This document shows, piece after piece, positions 10,562 to 23,268 of a stretch of DNA of 64,000 nucleotides (positions are counted from its first letter, which is position 1; each line of letters begins with the position of its first letter). The DNA is from Acidobacteriota bacterium (lineage in GTDB: Bacteria; Acidobacteriota; UBA6911; RPQK01; DATIPO01), in assembly GCA_035471785.1 (NCBI GenBank), contig DATIPQ010000005.1, positions 11,330-75,329 on the forward strand. The letters are read 5' to 3'. The position numbers and the translations under genes are program-made. The notes below the pieces were generated by a model. That model did not search any database. It saw only the letters and a list, made by a program, of their open reading frames with translations, and had not been told where the DNA came from.

Positions 10562-11827
10562 ATGCCCAAAGATACGCTCACCATCAGGGACAACCGGACA
10601 GGACGCGAGTACGAGTTGGACATCACCGACGACACCATCCGCGCCATTGAGCTTCGTCAGATCAAAGTCCGCGAGGAGGAGTTCGGGATGCTCAGCTACG
10701 ATCCCGGCTACACCAATACCGCATCCTGCCGCAGCTCCATCACCTACATCGACGGCGCCAAGGGGATTCTGCGCTACCGCGGCTACCCGATCGAGCAACT
10801 GGCGGAGCGCTTTTCCTTCATGCAGGTGGCCTACCTCATCTTCAACGGCGAATTGCCCGACCAGCAGCAGGAAGCAGCGTTCCTGCGCTCCATCGACCGC
10901 CATCGCATCGTCAACACCAGCCTGCGGCGCCTGATGGAGTCCTTCCACCACGATGCCGACCCCATGCACATGCTGGCGGCCGGGGTGGCCGGGGTAGGAG
11001 CCTTGCATCCGGAAGCGTCCGACGTCTCGGACGAGGAGAACCGCCGTACCCAGATCCGCAGGTTGGTCAGCCAGATTCCCTGTATTGCGGCCTACGCCTA
11101 CCGGCACAAGACCGGCCAGGTCTTCGTCGATCCCGACCCTTCCTTGAGCTACTGCGAGAATTTCCTCCACATGATGTTCGGAGGGCCCGGAGGCAAGGAC
11201 CTGAACCCGACCCTGGTCAAGGCTCTGGACGTGCTTTTCGTGCTGCATGCCGATCACGAGCAGAATTGCAGCACGGCCACCATGCGCAGCGTGGGAAGCT
11301 CCAATCCCGGTCCCTACTTGTCGGCGGCGGCGGCCATCGGCGCACTGGCGGGTCCTCTGCATGGCGGCGCCAATACGGCGGTGCTGCGCATGCTGGGCGA
11401 GATCGGCAGCAAGGACAACATTCCCGAATACATCGAACAGGTCAAAGCCGGCGAAGTCCGCTTGATGGGCTTCGGGCACCGCGTCTACAAGAATTACGAC
11501 CCGCGCGCCCGCATCATCAAGAAGATGGCCGACGAGGTCTTCCAGGTCACGGGCACCAACCCTCTGCTCGAGATCGCCCTGGAGTTGGAGAAGATCGCCC
11601 TTCACGAAGATTACTTCGTGGACCGCAAGCTCTACCCCAACGTCGACTTCTATTCGGGGCTGATCTATCAGTCGATGGGATTTCCCAGCGGCTTCTTTAC
11701 CGTGCTCTTCGCTATCGCCCGGACAGTCGGGTGGCTGGCCCAGTGGGAAGAGCTGATGGTGGACGGCGAAAAGCGCATCGCGCGTCCTCGCCAGGTCTAC
11801 ACTGGACACGGCAAGCGGGATGTCTAG
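10562..11827 (+). CDS. gltA: Citrate synthase
   Basis: …GFGHRVYKNYDPRA… and conserved catalytic His/Asp regions. Confidence 0.9.
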   Translation: MPKDTLTIRDNRTGREYELDITDDTIRAIELRQIKVREEEFGMLSYDPGYTNTASCRSSITYIDGAKGILRYRGYPIEQLAERFSFMQVAYLIFNGELPDQQQEAAFLRSIDRHRIVNTSLRRLMESFHHDADPMHMLAAGVAGVGALHPEASDVSDEENRRTQIRRLVSQIPCIAAYAYRHKTGQVFVDPDPSLSYCENFLHMMFGGPGGKDLNPTLVKALDVLFVLHADHEQNCSTATMRSVGSSNPGPYLSAAAAIGALAGPLHGGANTAVLRMLGEIGSKDNIPEYIEQVKAGEVRLMGFGHRVYKNYDPRARIIKKMADEVFQVTGTNPLLEIALELEKIALHEDYFVDRKLYPNVDFYSGLIYQSMGFPSGFFTVLFAIARTVGWLAQWEELMVDGEKRIARPRQVYTGHGKRDV

Positions 11828-11859
11828 TTCCGGACCGGTTGAAAAACGAAGGACTCCTC

Positions 11860-12855
11860 TTGATCGATTTCGACGTTCCTGAAATAGGCGTGGCCCTGGA
11901 AACGGTGGAGAGCGGCGTGGCGCTGGGGCTGGAAGTGCGGCGGGCCGTGGCTCACGACGCACTGCAGAAAGAAGACCGCTCCCCGGTGACGGTGGCTGAC
12001 TTTTCCATTCAGGCCCTGGTGGCCCGCCGTCTGCAGCAGGCTTTTCCCCGAGTGCCGCTGGTTGCCGAAGAACGCTCCGACGAGTTGCGGCAGCCCGGCC
12101 ACGCAGCGGTTTGCCGACAGGTGCTGGAGTGGGTTTCCCGCTTCGTCGACCCGGGCGGCAGGGAAGAGGTTTTCGGCTGGATCGATCACGGAGCCTCCGA
12201 TCCCGCCCGCCGCTTCTGGACTCTCGATCCCATTGACGGAACCAAGGGCTTTTTACGCGGAGGGCATTGGGCCGTATGCCTGGCTTTGTTGGAAGACCAC
12301 CAGGTGCGCCTGGGCGTTTTGGGGTGTCCTCACTGGTCGGCCGAGGTGGGATGGCAAGCGCAGGGTCCCGGCGGTCTGGTGCTGGCGGTCCGAGGAGAGG
12401 GCTGCTGGTGGCGTCCCCTGGGCGGCGATGAGCCCTTGCGTCCTCTGCAGGCTTCCGGCCGCGATCGGCCCGAGGACGCCCGCATACTGCGTTCTTACGA
12501 GTCGGGTCACACCAACGAAGAGCAGATGGAGCGCCTGGTGGAGGAAATCGGAGCCCGGGCCGACCCCGTCCTCATGGACAGCCAGGCCAAGTATGCGGCC
12601 CTGGCAGCCGGCCAGGGAGACGTGCTGGTGCGTCTCTTGCGTCCTGACAAGACCGGCTACAAAGAGAAGATCTGGGATCAGGCCGCCGGGTCGCTGGTCA
12701 TCCAGGAAGCCGGCGGCCAGGTCACCGACCTGGACGGGCGGGCCCTGGATTTCTCGACCGGCCGCAAACTGCTCAATAACCGCGGAATCCTGGCTTCCAA
12801 CGGCAGGCTTCACCAGGCTTGCCTGCAAGCGCTGCAGGCTCTGCAGGTGGCCTGA
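11860..12855 (+). CDS. cysQ: 3'(2'),5'-bisphosphate nucleotidase / inositol monophosphatase family (CysQ/HAL2-like); TTG start inferred, preceded by AAGGA
   Basis: …WTLDPIDGTKGFLRGGHWAVCLALL… IMPase motifs; upstream part of long ORF overlaps gltA and is not coding. Confidence 0.7.
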   Translation: MIDFDVPEIGVALETVESGVALGLEVRRAVAHDALQKEDRSPVTVADFSIQALVARRLQQAFPRVPLVAEERSDELRQPGHAAVCRQVLEWVSRFVDPGGREEVFGWIDHGASDPARRFWTLDPIDGTKGFLRGGHWAVCLALLEDHQVRLGVLGCPHWSAEVGWQAQGPGGLVLAVRGEGCWWRPLGGDEPLRPLQASGRDRPEDARILRSYESGHTNEEQMERLVEEIGARADPVLMDSQAKYAALAAGQGDVLVRLLRPDKTGYKEKIWDQAAGSLVIQEAGGQVTDLDGRALDFSTGRKLLNNRGILASNGRLHQACLQALQALQVA

Positions 12856-12875
12856 GCGACTTGTAGTTGAAACCC

Positions 12876-12904
12876 TGCCCCGGTATAATCCCGCCTTTGT
12901 GCTC
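12876..12904 (+). promoter_or_regulatory. Candidate sigma70 promoter for tig (TTGTAG-17-TATAAT)
   Basis: Perfect -10 TATAAT 100 bp upstream of tig ATG. Confidence 0.35.
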
Positions 12905-13007
12905 AGCAAGGAAGGTATTGCCTCTCGGCTCCGTTAGGCCCGGCTAAGAGCCCGCCGCTGCCGCTCGGCAGTGCTCACCTCAAGAAAAACCCAGAGATTC
13001 CCATCCC

Positions 13008-14330
13008 ATGAAAGTCCAAGTCGAGTTGGAAGACGTCAGCCAGGTCAAGAAAAAGCTGACGGTCGAGGTGCCCCCCGAAGAGACCGACAAAGAATACAAG
13101 CGGATTGTGGGACAGTACCGGGGCATGGCCTCTTTGCCCGGTTTCCGCCGGGGACGGGCCCCTTCGGGCCTGATCAAGCGCCGCTTCAAGGAAGACATTC
13201 AAGACGAATTGTACCGGAAGCTGGTTCCCAAGGCCTACGACGAGGCCATCAAGCAACACGAACTGCAGCCGATCTCCGAACCCCGTGTCGAGGATGTCGA
13301 ATACGAGGAGGGGAGCGTCCTCAGGTTCACGGCCGTCCTGGAGGTGTTGCCCGAGTTCAAGACTCCTCGATACCGGGGGCTGGAGGTGGAAGCCCCTTCC
13401 ATCCAGGTGACCCCTGGCGACATCGATGAGGAACTGCAGCGGGTGCGCGAGCAGTTCGCCAGCCTGGTGGCGGTGGAGGGGCGCGAGGTGGAACAAGGCG
13501 ATTACGCCACCATCGTCCTCAAGGGGTGGTATCTGGAGGAAGACGAGTCCCAGGCCGAGGAGGAGAGGGAGGCCGACATCCACGATGAGAGCGTAGTGGT
13601 GCAGGTGGGCGACCAACGCACCCATCCGGCCTTCACCCGTGCCCTGGTGGGGATGAAGGAAGGCGATGAAGAGAGCTTTCAGGTGGAATACGAGCCCGAC
13701 TATGCCGATAAGAATCTGGCCGGGCGCAAGGTGGCCTATGAGATCCTCCTCACCGAGATCAAGGAAAAGCAGCTTCCCAAGCTCGACGACGACTTCGTCA
13801 AAGACCTGGATGTGGAAGATGTGGAAACCCTCGCCCAGCTTCGCGACAGGATCGCCGAGCGGCTGGGCCAGCGCAAAGAACAGCAGAAGGACGAAGCCAT
13901 CTACGCCTCACTGGCTCAGCAGATGATCGACGGAACTTCCTTCGAGGTGCCGGACGCGCTGGTGGAGGAGCGAATCGATCAGAGGATTCAACAGGTGGCG
14001 TATAATATGATGAATCAGGGCATGGATCCGCAGTCGGCCCAAATCGACTGGCGGGCGGTCCGCCGCGATCTTCGCCCTGAGGCTGAAAAGGATGTTCGGC
14101 TGGCCCTGATCCTCAACCAGGTCGCACGCGATGAAGGCATCGAGATCGGTGACTCCGACCTGGAGGAAGAAATCGCCAAGATGGCTGAAAGTTCCCAGCA
14201 GCCGCCCGAGAAGGTGCGTCAGAGATTGCGCAGCGAGGGGTCGCTGGAAGGTTTCAGAGAGCGTCTCTTGAGACGCCGGGCCATGGAACGGGTAGAGAAA
14301 AGCGCCCAAATATCCGAAGAGAAACCATAA
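13008..14330 (+). CDS. tig: Trigger factor
   Basis: [25 protein letters not shown]… PPIase and C-domain. Confidence 0.9.
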   Translation: MKVQVELEDVSQVKKKLTVEVPPEETDKEYKRIVGQYRGMASLPGFRRGRAPSGLIKRRFKEDIQDELYRKLVPKAYDEAIKQHELQPISEPRVEDVEYEEGSVLRFTAVLEVLPEFKTPRYRGLEVEAPSIQVTPGDIDEELQRVREQFASLVAVEGREVEQGDYATIVLKGWYLEEDESQAEEEREADIHDESVVVQVGDQRTHPAFTRALVGMKEGDEESFQVEYEPDYADKNLAGRKVAYEILLTEIKEKQLPKLDDDFVKDLDVEDVETLAQLRDRIAERLGQRKEQQKDEAIYASLAQQMIDGTSFEVPDALVEERIDQRIQQVAYNMMNQGMDPQSAQIDWRAVRRDLRPEAEKDVRLALILNQVARDEGIEIGDSDLEEEIAKMAESSQQPPEKVRQRLRSEGSLEGFRERLLRRRAMERVEKSAQISEEKP

Positions 14331-14344
14331 AGGAGCAAGTTGCA

Positions 14345-14932
14345 GTGACTCTTGTACCGATGGTCGTCGAGCAGACCAACCGCGGAGAGCGGGCTTACGA
14401 CATTTATTCGCGTCTGCTCAAAGACAACATCATTTTCATAGGCAGCCCCATCGACGACAACGTGGCCAACCTGGTGATCGCCCAGTTGCTGTTCCTGATG
14501 GCCGAGGATCCCGAGCGGGACATCTCCCTCTACATCAACTCTCCAGGCGGTTCCATCACGGCCGGGCTGGCCATCTACGACACCATGCAGTTCGTGCGCA
14601 ACGACGTCTCGACGATCTGCATCGGCCAGGCCGCCTCCATGGGAGCGCTTTTGCTGGCGGCCGGCGAAGAGGGCAAGCGCTTCGCGTTGCCCAACAGCCG
14701 CATCCTCATCCATCAGCCCTCCATGTCCGGGTTGTCGGGACAAGCTACCGACATCGACATCCACGCCAAGGAGATTCTGCGCATGAGGGAAAGGACCAGC
14801 GAGATTCTCTCCTCGCATACCGGAAAGAAGCTTGAGAAAATTCACCGGGACGTGGACCGCGACTACATTATGGACGCGGAACAGGCCAGGGAGTATGGTA
14901 TAATCGATCAGATTATTGAACAGCCGACGTAA
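14345..14932 (+). CDS. clpP: ATP-dependent Clp protease proteolytic subunit
   Basis: …[39 protein letters not shown]… GxSxG-type active site GQAASMGA. Confidence 0.95.
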   Translation: MTLVPMVVEQTNRGERAYDIYSRLLKDNIIFIGSPIDDNVANLVIAQLLFLMAEDPERDISLYINSPGGSITAGLAIYDTMQFVRNDVSTICIGQAASMGALLLAAGEEGKRFALPNSRILIHQPSMSGLSGQATDIDIHAKEILRMRERTSEILSSHTGKKLEKIHRDVDRDYIMDAEQAREYGIIDQIIEQPT

Positions 14933-14951
14933 CGTCGGAGAAGCCGGTGAA

Positions 14952-14968
14952 CCCCCGATCCGAGGGGG
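14952..14968 (+). terminator. Hairpin CCCCC-GATCCGA-GGGGG between clpP and clpX (possible attenuator; weak T-tract)
   Basis: Seen in sequence. Confidence 0.25.
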
Positions 14969-15140
14969 ATTTCATCCCACCCAAGCGACATGCTCACTCG
15001 CATTTGCAGTGACACCGTACGCGGTGACGGATAGCCTTGAGAGAGATTGCCCGAAGGAGTTGCCGCCTTGCTTTGAAGCCTTTGAGATGGGGGGAGCCGG
15101 GCCATCGGCTGCGGCCTACCGTACCCCAGGGGGGTCTTGA

Positions 15141-16391
15141 GTGAAAAAAGACACGGATGATGTTCTTCGCTGCTCGTTCTGCAACAAGAGCCAGAACGAT
15201 GTCAAGAAGCTGATCGCCGGGCCGACGGTTTTCATTTGCGACGAGTGTGTCGACGTCTGCAACGAAATCATCTCGGACGACATGACCGCGGAAGCGGCTT
15301 CCATCAAGGAGACCCTTCCCAAGCCCAGCGAAATCAAGGAGTTCCTGGAGCAGTACGTGATTGGCCAGGAGGTGGCCAAGAAGAAGTTGGCAGTGGCCGT
15401 CTACAATCACTACAAGCGCATCAAGATGGGGCGGAGGCGTCACCAGGACGTGGAATTGACCAAGAGCAACGTGCTGCTGATCGGTCCCACCGGCACGGGC
15501 AAGACCCTGCTGGCCCAGACCCTGGCGCGCATGCTTTCGGTGCCTTTCGCCATCGTGGACGCCACCACTCTGACCGAAGCGGGCTACGTGGGCGAGGATG
15601 TGGAAAACATCATCCTCAAGCTGTTGCAGGCGGCTGGAGGCGACCGCGACCGATGCATGCAGGGCATCATCTACATCGACGAGATCGACAAGATTTCGCG
15701 CAAGGATGAAAACCCCTCCATCACCCGCGACGTTTCCGGAGAGGGCGTGCAGCAGGCCCTGCTCAAGATTTTGGAAGGCACCGTGGCCAATGTCCCGCCT
15801 CAGGGGGGACGCAAGCATCCTCACCAGGAATTCGTGCAGATCGACACCACCGATATCCTCTTCGTCTGCGGGGGCGCCTTCGTGGGACTGGACAAGACCA
15901 TCCAGAAGCGCCTGGGGACCTCTTCCATGGGGTTCCACTCGCCTTCTCTCAGCGGCGACGAATTGCGCTGGCGCAAGGCCAGCAATACGGCGCTCTTCGA
16001 GAAGGTGCTGCCGGAAGACCTGATCAAGTACGGGCTGATACCGGAGTTTGTGGGACGCTTGCCCATCATCTGCACTCTCCACGAACTGGACAGCGATGCC
16101 CTCATCCAGATCCTCACCCAGCCCAACAACGCCCTCATCAAGCAATATCAGAAGATGTTCGAGTTCGAGAACGTGTCGTTGCGCTTCACCGACGACGCCC
16201 TCAGGGCCATCGCCGACTTGGCTCTGCAGCGCAAGATCGGAGCCCGGGGGTTGCGCCTGATCACTGAAGACCTGATGCTGGACGTCATGTACGAACTGCC
16301 TTCCAACAAGAAGGTCAAGGAGTTTGTCGTGACCCGCGAAATGGTCGAGAACAAGGACGTGGTTTTCAAACTGCTGGAAAAGGCCGGATGA
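15141..16391 (+). CDS. clpX: ATP-dependent Clp protease ATP-binding subunit ClpX
   Basis: Zn-finger [11 protein letters not shown]…CDECV; Walker A GPTGTGKT. Confidence 0.95.
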   Translation: MKKDTDDVLRCSFCNKSQNDVKKLIAGPTVFICDECVDVCNEIISDDMTAEAASIKETLPKPSEIKEFLEQYVIGQEVAKKKLAVAVYNHYKRIKMGRRRHQDVELTKSNVLLIGPTGTGKTLLAQTLARMLSVPFAIVDATTLTEAGYVGEDVENIILKLLQAAGGDRDRCMQGIIYIDEIDKISRKDENPSITRDVSGEGVQQALLKILEGTVANVPPQGGRKHPHQEFVQIDTTDILFVCGGAFVGLDKTIQKRLGTSSMGFHSPSLSGDELRWRKASNTALFEKVLPEDLIKYGLIPEFVGRLPIICTLHELDSDALIQILTQPNNALIKQYQKMFEFENVSLRFTDDALRAIADLALQRKIGARGLRLITEDLMLDVMYELPSNKKVKEFVVTREMVENKDVVFKLLEKAG

Positions 16392-16578
16392 GACTCCGGG
16401 ACAAGACGCTTTTTCCCAAAGCACGGGTCAGAGGAAACTGATAATCTAGACATCATTCAGAGCGAGCATCTCCGCATCCCCAGAGGCGGATCACCCGGAA
16501 AGGCTCAGGCAAGGTGCCGCGGCACCGGAACGGCAGCGATTCGTTGACGGCCCCGACCGCCTTCGACAGGAAACAACC

Positions 16579-19008
16579 ATGAGTGAACAAGAACAAAAAA
16601 CGACCCAGCGCTACCCGATGGTTCCCATTCGGGACGTGGTCGTTTTCCCCTACATGATGGTCCCCTTCGTGATCGGTCGGGCTTCCTCGGTGCTGGCTTT
16701 GGAGAGGGCGCTGCAAACCGACAAGAAGATCTTCCTGGCCACCCAGAAAGACGCCTCCCAGGACAATCCCTCCCCCGACGAGATCTTCGAGGTGGGCACC
16801 GTGGCCAACATCGTGCAGAGCCTCAAGCTGCCCGACGGCAATATCCGCGTGATGGTGGAAGGCGTGCGGCGGGCCTGCATCAGCGGAGTCCACGAGACTG
16901 AGGACTTCTTTCAGGCCGACGTCCACTTCCAAAAGGTGCCCCGCATCTCCCACGCCAAGACCAGCCTGCTGACCAAGAAGCTGAACGTGCTCTTCGAGCA
17001 GTTCGCCAAGCTCAATCCCAACGTCAATTACGAGACCATCGTGCAGGCCTCGCGCTCCACCGACGCCGACCGCCTCTCCGACACCATCGCCTCCAACCTC
17101 CCCATCGCCGTGGAAGACAAGCAGGCCCTGCTGGAGATCTTCGACCCGGCCGAGCGGATGGAGAAGATCTGCGAATTCATCGAGATCGAGATCGAGAAGA
17201 TCAAGATGGACAAGTCGATCCAGGGCCGCGTACGCCGGCAGATGGAAAAGGCCCAGCGCGAGTACTACCTGAACGAGAAGATCAAGGCCATCCAGAAGGA
17301 GTTGGGACGGGGCGAGAAGGACGAGATCGAGGAGCTGAAAAAGAAGGTCGAAGAATCCAAGATGCCCGAAGAGGCGCGTGAAAAGGCCCTCAACGAGATC
17401 CGCCGCCTGGAGCAGATGCCTCCCATGAGCGCCGAGAGCACGGTCAGCCGCACCTACCTCGACTGGCTGCTGGCCATGCCCTGGGAAAAGCGCACCGACG
17501 AGATCAAGGACATCACCAAGGCCGAGCAGATCCTGGAAGAAGACCACTACGGCCTGGAAAAGGTCAAGGAGCGCATCCTGGAGTTCCTGGCCGTTCGCCA
17601 ACTGGCCAAGAAGCGGGAAGCTCAGGGGTCGATTCTCTGCTTCCTGGGACCGCCGGGCGTAGGCAAGACCTCGCTGGGGCGCTCCATCGCCCGGGCCACG
17701 GGACGCAAGTTCGTGCGCCAGTCGCTGGGCGGCGTCCGCGACGAGGCCGAGATCAGGGGCCACCGCCGCACCTACATCGGCGCCCTGCCGGGCCAGATCA
17801 TCCAGATGATGAAGAAGGCCGGCAGCAAGAATCCGGTCATGCTGCTGGACGAGATCGACAAGATGTCGACCGACTTCCGCGGAGACCCCTCGGCGGCCCT
17901 GATGGAAGTGCTCGATCCCGAGCAGAACAGCGAGTTCAACGACCACTATCTGGACGTCGAATTCGACCTTTCCGAGGTGCTCTTCATCTGTACGGCCAAT
18001 GTGCTGCACACGATTCCGCGTCCCCTGCAGGACCGGATGGAGATCATTCAGCTTTCCGGCTACACCGAGGAAGAAAAGCTCAACATCGCCCAGAAGTATC
18101 TGGTCAAGAAGCAGATCGAGCAGAAGGGCCTGACCCCCGAACAGATCGAATTCGACGACGAGGGCGTGCAGGAGATCATCCGCTCCTACACGCGTGAGTC
18201 GGGCGTCCGCAGCCTGGAGCGCGAAATCGCCAACGTGTGCCGCAAGGTGGCGCGCAAGGTGGTGGTCTCGCGCAACAAGGACGAGGACGATTTCGAGCCC
18301 GTCAGCATCGACCACGATGCGGCCCGCGATCTGCTGGGCGTGCCCAAGTACCGCAACCAGATGGCCGGCAAGTCCAACGAGGTCGGTTTGGCCACCGGAC
18401 TGGCCTGGACCGAGGTGGGCGGCGAAGTGCTCATGACTGAAGCCACCGCCATGCGCGGCAAGGGCAACCTCACCCTGACCGGAAAGCTGGGCGAAGTGAT
18501 GCAGGAATCGGTCAAGGCGGCCTTCTCTTACATCCGCTCGCGCAGCGGCGAATACGGCATCGCCTCCGATTTTCACAAGGCCAACGACATGCACGTCCAC
18601 GTGCCCGAAGGAGCCATCCCCAAGGACGGTCCCTCGGCCGGCATCGCCATGGCCACCACCATTGTTTCCGCCTTGACCGGCATACCGGTGCGCCGCGACG
18701 TGGCCATGACGGGTGAGATCACCCTGCGCGGCAACGTGCTGCCCATCGGAGGCGTCAAGGAGAAGGTGCTGGCGGCTCACCGCGCCGGAATCAAGACGGT
18801 GCTCCTGCCCAAGGAAAACGAAAAGAATCTCAAAGATATTCCCAAGTCGGTCAAGAAAGAACTTGAGATCCGGCTCGTCGAAAGTATGGACGAGGTGCTG
18901 GATATCGCTCTGGAGCGGCCCATTGGAAAGAAAAAGGAGAAGGACGGGGACCTGATCGAACAACGGCCCCCCCAGATCAAGGGGGAGGATCGTCCCGGCG
19001 TCCATTGA
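16579..19008 (+). CDS. lon: ATP-dependent protease Lon
   Basis: LON N-domain, AAA+ GPPGVGKTS, protease domain [13 protein letters not shown]. Confidence 0.95.
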   Translation: MSEQEQKTTQRYPMVPIRDVVVFPYMMVPFVIGRASSVLALERALQTDKKIFLATQKDASQDNPSPDEIFEVGTVANIVQSLKLPDGNIRVMVEGVRRACISGVHETEDFFQADVHFQKVPRISHAKTSLLTKKLNVLFEQFAKLNPNVNYETIVQASRSTDADRLSDTIASNLPIAVEDKQALLEIFDPAERMEKICEFIEIEIEKIKMDKSIQGRVRRQMEKAQREYYLNEKIKAIQKELGRGEKDEIEELKKKVEESKMPEEAREKALNEIRRLEQMPPMSAESTVSRTYLDWLLAMPWEKRTDEIKDITKAEQILEEDHYGLEKVKERILEFLAVRQLAKKREAQGSILCFLGPPGVGKTSLGRSIARATGRKFVRQSLGGVRDEAEIRGHRRTYIGALPGQIIQMMKKAGSKNPVMLLDEIDKMSTDFRGDPSAALMEVLDPEQNSEFNDHYLDVEFDLSEVLFICTANVLHTIPRPLQDRMEIIQLSGYTEEEKLNIAQKYLVKKQIEQKGLTPEQIEFDDEGVQEIIRSYTRESGVRSLEREIANVCRKVARKVVVSRNKDEDDFEPVSIDHDAARDLLGVPKYRNQMAGKSNEVGLATGLAWTEVGGEVLMTEATAMRGKGNLTLTGKLGEVMQESVKAAFSYIRSRSGEYGIASDFHKANDMHVHVPEGAIPKDGPSAGIAMATTIVSALTGIPVRRDVAMTGEITLRGNVLPIGGVKEKVLAAHRAGIKTVLLPKENEKNLKDIPKSVKKELEIRLVESMDEVLDIALERPIGKKKEKDGDLIEQRPPQIKGEDRPGVH

Positions 19009-19019
19009 ACTCACCCGGA

Positions 19020-19041
19020 GGGCGGCTTCGGCCGCCTTTCC
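19020..19041 (+). terminator. Rho-independent terminator after lon: GGCGGC-UUCG-GCCGCC + UUUCC
   Basis: Perfect 6-bp GC stem with UUCG tetraloop followed by T-tract. Confidence 0.55.
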
Positions 19042-19117
19042 GTGTCTTGAGACCCTCCCAGAGCCTGCCGCCCGTCCCTACAGATTACCCGGAAGAAAAA
19101 GCAAAACGCTGGTCAAC

Positions 19118-19678
19118 GTGGAAGCGTCGTTTGTTACAAGTGCAACCCAGCCCCGCGAATACCCGACTCGCCCTTTGCCGCGAATCGCCTTCGTGGGGCG
19201 TTCGAACGTAGGCAAATCAAGCTTGATCAACAGCTTGGTCGGACGCAAGAAACTGGCTCGCACCAGTTCCTCGCCCGGCCGCACGCGCCTGATCAATTTT
19301 TTCCTCGTGGATTCCAAATGGCTCTTCGTGGATCTGCCCGGTTACGGATACGCCAAGGTCTCCCGCTCGGAGCGGGAGCGCTGGGGACCGATGATCGAGG
19401 AATATCTGCGCGGCGACCAAGATCTGAAGCTGTTGATCCTGCTGGTCGACGCCCGGCACAAACCCAGCAACCTCGATCAGATCATGCGCGAGTGGCTGGA
19501 GCAATACAGCATTCCGCACCTGATCGTGGCCACCAAGGCCGACAAATTGTCGGCCAGTCAATTGCAGAAATCGTTAAAACGCGCAAGGGAGACCTTCAAC
19601 GCCGATCTCGTGCTTCCCTATTCGGCCCATACCGGCGCCGGGAAGAAGGAGTTGTGGCGAATCATTCAAGAGGTTTGA
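19118..19678 (+). CDS. engB: Ribosome biogenesis GTP-binding protein YihA/EngB
   Basis: [18 protein letters not shown]…. Confidence 0.85.
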   Translation: MEASFVTSATQPREYPTRPLPRIAFVGRSNVGKSSLINSLVGRKKLARTSSSPGRTRLINFFLVDSKWLFVDLPGYGYAKVSRSERERWGPMIEEYLRGDQDLKLLILLVDARHKPSNLDQIMREWLEQYSIPHLIVATKADKLSASQLQKSLKRARETFNADLVLPYSAHTGAGKKELWRIIQEV

Positions 19679-19679
19679 T

Positions 19680-20981
<1,302 letters not shown>

Positions 20982-21015
20982 AGACCCGGCAAACGGCCCC
21001 GCCCGAAAAAAGGGG

Positions 21016-21044
21016 TTGATTTTAATCCAAGGAATCCCTATTCT
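21016..21044 (+). promoter_or_regulatory. Candidate trp promoter TTGATT-17-TATTCT
   Basis: Spacing 17; located 19 nt upstream of leader ORF. Confidence 0.3.
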
Positions 21045-21062
21045 GATTGTCTGGGAAGAAGG

Positions 21063-21107
21063 ATGATGGCAGACGGTTTTTTCTGGCGAAGCGACTTCAA
21101 GATGTGA
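21063..21107 (+). CDS. trpL: Candidate trp leader peptide MMADGFFWRSDFKM (14 aa, single Trp codon), RBS AAGGA upstream
   Basis: Small ORF between promoter and intrinsic terminator directly upstream of trpE. Confidence 0.35.
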   Translation: MMADGFFWRSDFKM

Positions 21108-21161
21108 CGCCGGAGAATTGTCTGCCGATCTGACTTTCTACTAGATCAATGAGTGGAAAAG

Positions 21162-21193
21162 CCGTGGGGACTAGTTCTCCACGGCTTTTTTTT
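21162..21193 (+). terminator. Intrinsic terminator/attenuator upstream of trpE: CCGUGGG-loop-UCCACGG followed by U8
   Basis: 7-bp stem + 8 consecutive T; lies 50 nt before trpE ATG; upstream GGCAGAC (21068-74) can pair with GTCTGCC (21119-25) as alternative structure. Confidence 0.5.
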
Positions 21194-21244
21194 GTGCCCG
21201 ACATCAAACCGACGGGGCGGGCTTGCGAGGGAGAAGACGCTGTC

Positions 21245-22600
21245 ATGATCCATCAGAAGCGATTGTTGGGCGACACCTTCACGCCGGTGTCGACGTTTCT
21301 CAAGCTGGCGGCTGAAGCCGATCGAGCCTTCCTGCTGGAATCGGTGGAGGGCGGTGAACGCATCGGACGCTATTCCTTCCTGGGGATGGCTCCCGAGCGC
21401 CATTTCAGCGGCAGCTTCGAGGAGTTCAGGGAGGAGTTCCGCCGCTTCGAGATCTCGCCCGATCAACTGCCGCCTTTCTGCGGAGGAGCGGTGGGAATCT
21501 TTTCCTACGACCTGGTGCGCGAGTTCGAGCCTTTGGGTGAGGGCCGGAAGGCCGGTCCCCACCTCCTGCCGGGCCACAGCGTGCGCATGGACTTCTACTC
21601 GACGGTGGTGGTCTTCGACCATCTTCGTCACGAAATCGTCGTGCTCTCCCACGAGGGCCCCGACAAGGTGGAGGAACTGGCGGAACGGCTGCTCAGGCCG
21701 CAAGCCGAGGATGGGGCTCATTACCGCAACGGGCCCGCCTTGCGGAGTTGCGGCGGCGAACCGCTCTCCTATTCGGCCAGTTGCGGGTACGGCGGGGAGC
21801 GCTTTCAACAAGACGTCCGCACCGCCAAACGGCACATCGTGGAGGGAGACATTTTCCAGGTCGTGCTCTCCCAGCGTTTCGAGGTCGACTACCCGGGCGA
21901 TCCCTTCAACGTCTACCGGGCCCTGCGCTACCTCAACCCCTCGCCCTATCATTTCTTCCTCAAGCAGGGGGACCTGGCCGTGGCGGGAGCCTCTCCCGAA
22001 ATGCTGGTGCGGGTCCAGGGCCGGCGCCTGGAATGCCGTCCCATTGCGGGGACGCGCCGCAGAGGCAAGGACGAGGCCGAGGACGAGCGCTTGGCCGAGG
22101 AACTCAAGGCCGACGCCAAAGAGAGGGCTGAGCACCTGATGCTGGTCGACCTGGGACGCAACGACCTGGGACGCGTTTGCCGTTTCGGCAGCGTCGAGGT
22201 GGACGGCTTCATGTTCCTGGAGCGCTACTCGCACGTCATGCACCTGGTCAGCTCGGTGAGCGGACGCATGCGTCCGGGCCTGGACGCACTGGACGCGCTG
22301 CGGGCCTGCTTCCCGGCCGGGACCGTTTCAGGAGCGCCCAAGGTGAGAGCCATGCAGATCATCGAGGAACTGGAGCCCTGGAGACGCGGCGTCTACGCCG
22401 GAGCCGTGGGCTATTTGGACTACACCGGCAATCTGGACACCTGCATCGCCATCCGCAGCATCGTCTTCAAGGACGGCAAAGCCTACGTGCAGGCGGGAGC
22501 CGGCATCGTGGCCGACTCCAAGCCCGCACACGAAGACATGGAATGCCACAATAAGGCCCGAGTCCTCTTCAGGGCCCTGGAAATGGGAGCCGCATCATGA
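21245..22600 (+). CDS. trpE: Anthranilate synthase component I
   Basis: …[16 protein letters not shown]…[10 protein letters not shown]… chorismate-binding motifs. Confidence 0.9.
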   Translation: MIHQKRLLGDTFTPVSTFLKLAAEADRAFLLESVEGGERIGRYSFLGMAPERHFSGSFEEFREEFRRFEISPDQLPPFCGGAVGIFSYDLVREFEPLGEGRKAGPHLLPGHSVRMDFYSTVVVFDHLRHEIVVLSHEGPDKVEELAERLLRPQAEDGAHYRNGPALRSCGGEPLSYSASCGYGGERFQQDVRTAKRHIVEGDIFQVVLSQRFEVDYPGDPFNVYRALRYLNPSPYHFFLKQGDLAVAGASPEMLVRVQGRRLECRPIAGTRRRGKDEAEDERLAEELKADAKERAEHLMLVDLGRNDLGRVCRFGSVEVDGFMFLERYSHVMHLVSSVSGRMRPGLDALDALRACFPAGTVSGAPKVRAMQIIEELEPWRRGVYAGAVGYLDYTGNLDTCIAIRSIVFKDGKAYVQAGAGIVADSKPAHEDMECHNKARVLFRALEMGAAS

Positions 22601-23268
22601 ACAGCAAAGGATTGAGGGACAACGCCCCGGGCCAAGGCAAAGGAGCCCCAGGACTGGGCGACTGGGAGCGGACGGCCGGCGGCGCGTCCCGCCAGGGCAG
22701 TCTGCTGGTCATCGACAACTACGACAGCTTTACCTTCAACCTGGTTCAGTACCTGGGCCAACTGGGCGCCCGTCCTCAGGTCTACCGCAACGACGCGCTC
22801 AGCCTGGAGGAGGTGGAAGCCATGCGTCCCGACCGCATCGTCATCTCGCCCGGGCCCGGACGTCCTCAGCAGGCCGGCATCTCGCTGCAGGTGGTGGAAC
22901 GCTTTTCGGGCCGCATCCCCATCCTGGGCGTATGCCTGGGGCATCAGGTCATCGGCCAGGCTTTCGGGGGACGCATCGTCCACGCGCCTGAGCTGAAGCA
23001 CGGCAAGACCTCCATGGTGCACCACCAGGGAGGAGGCCTCTTTCGGGGACTCGACAATCCCTTCGAAGCCACCCGCTATCACTCCCTGGTGGTGGAACGC
23101 GACTCGCTCCCTTCTTGCCTGCAGGTGACGGCCTGGACCGAGGACGGTACCATCATGGGATTGCGCCATCGCGATCACGACACCGAGGGCGTGCAGTTTC
23201 ACCCGGAATCGATCATGACGCGGGCCGGTATGGCCCTGCTTGAGAGGTTTTTATGTTGCGGGAGTTGA
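22597..23268 (+). CDS. trpG: Anthranilate synthase component II (glutamine amidotransferase)
   Basis: [18 protein letters not shown]…GVCLGHQ… ; ATGA overlap with trpE. Confidence 0.9.
   Translation: MNSKGLRDNAPGQGKGAPGLGDWERTAGGASRQGSLLVIDNYDSFTFNLVQYLGQLGARPQVYRNDALSLEEVEAMRPDRIVISPGPGRPQQAGISLQVVERFSGRIPILGVCLGHQVIGQAFGGRIVHAPELKHGKTSMVHHQGGGLFRGLDNPFEATRYHSLVVERDSLPSCLQVTAWTEDGTIMGLRHRDHDTEGVQFHPESIMTRAGMALLERFLCCGS

Noticed and set aside
11266-11859. N-terminal 198 codons of the long ORF that contains the CysQ-like gene.
   Set aside because: This part overlaps the citrate synthase C-terminus in another frame and has shadow-like composition. A TTG at 11860 with an AAGGA RBS is a plausible true start.
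14890-14925. TATAAT and TTGAAC hexamers inside the clpP 3' end as an internal clpX promoter.
   Set aside because: The hexamers occur in the wrong order and spacing for a sigma70 promoter.
16453-19014. 853-aa ORF antisense to lon. Similar long antisense or alternate-frame ORFs occur at 10373-11962, 14994-16424, 21146-22243, 25179-26732, 34273-36858, 39604-41136, 47043-48473, 51441-52796 and 53448-55073.
   Set aside because: They are low-complexity, R/G/P/A-rich translations typical of the non-coding frames of high-GC genes. Each is fully covered by a well-supported conserved gene on the other strand or frame.
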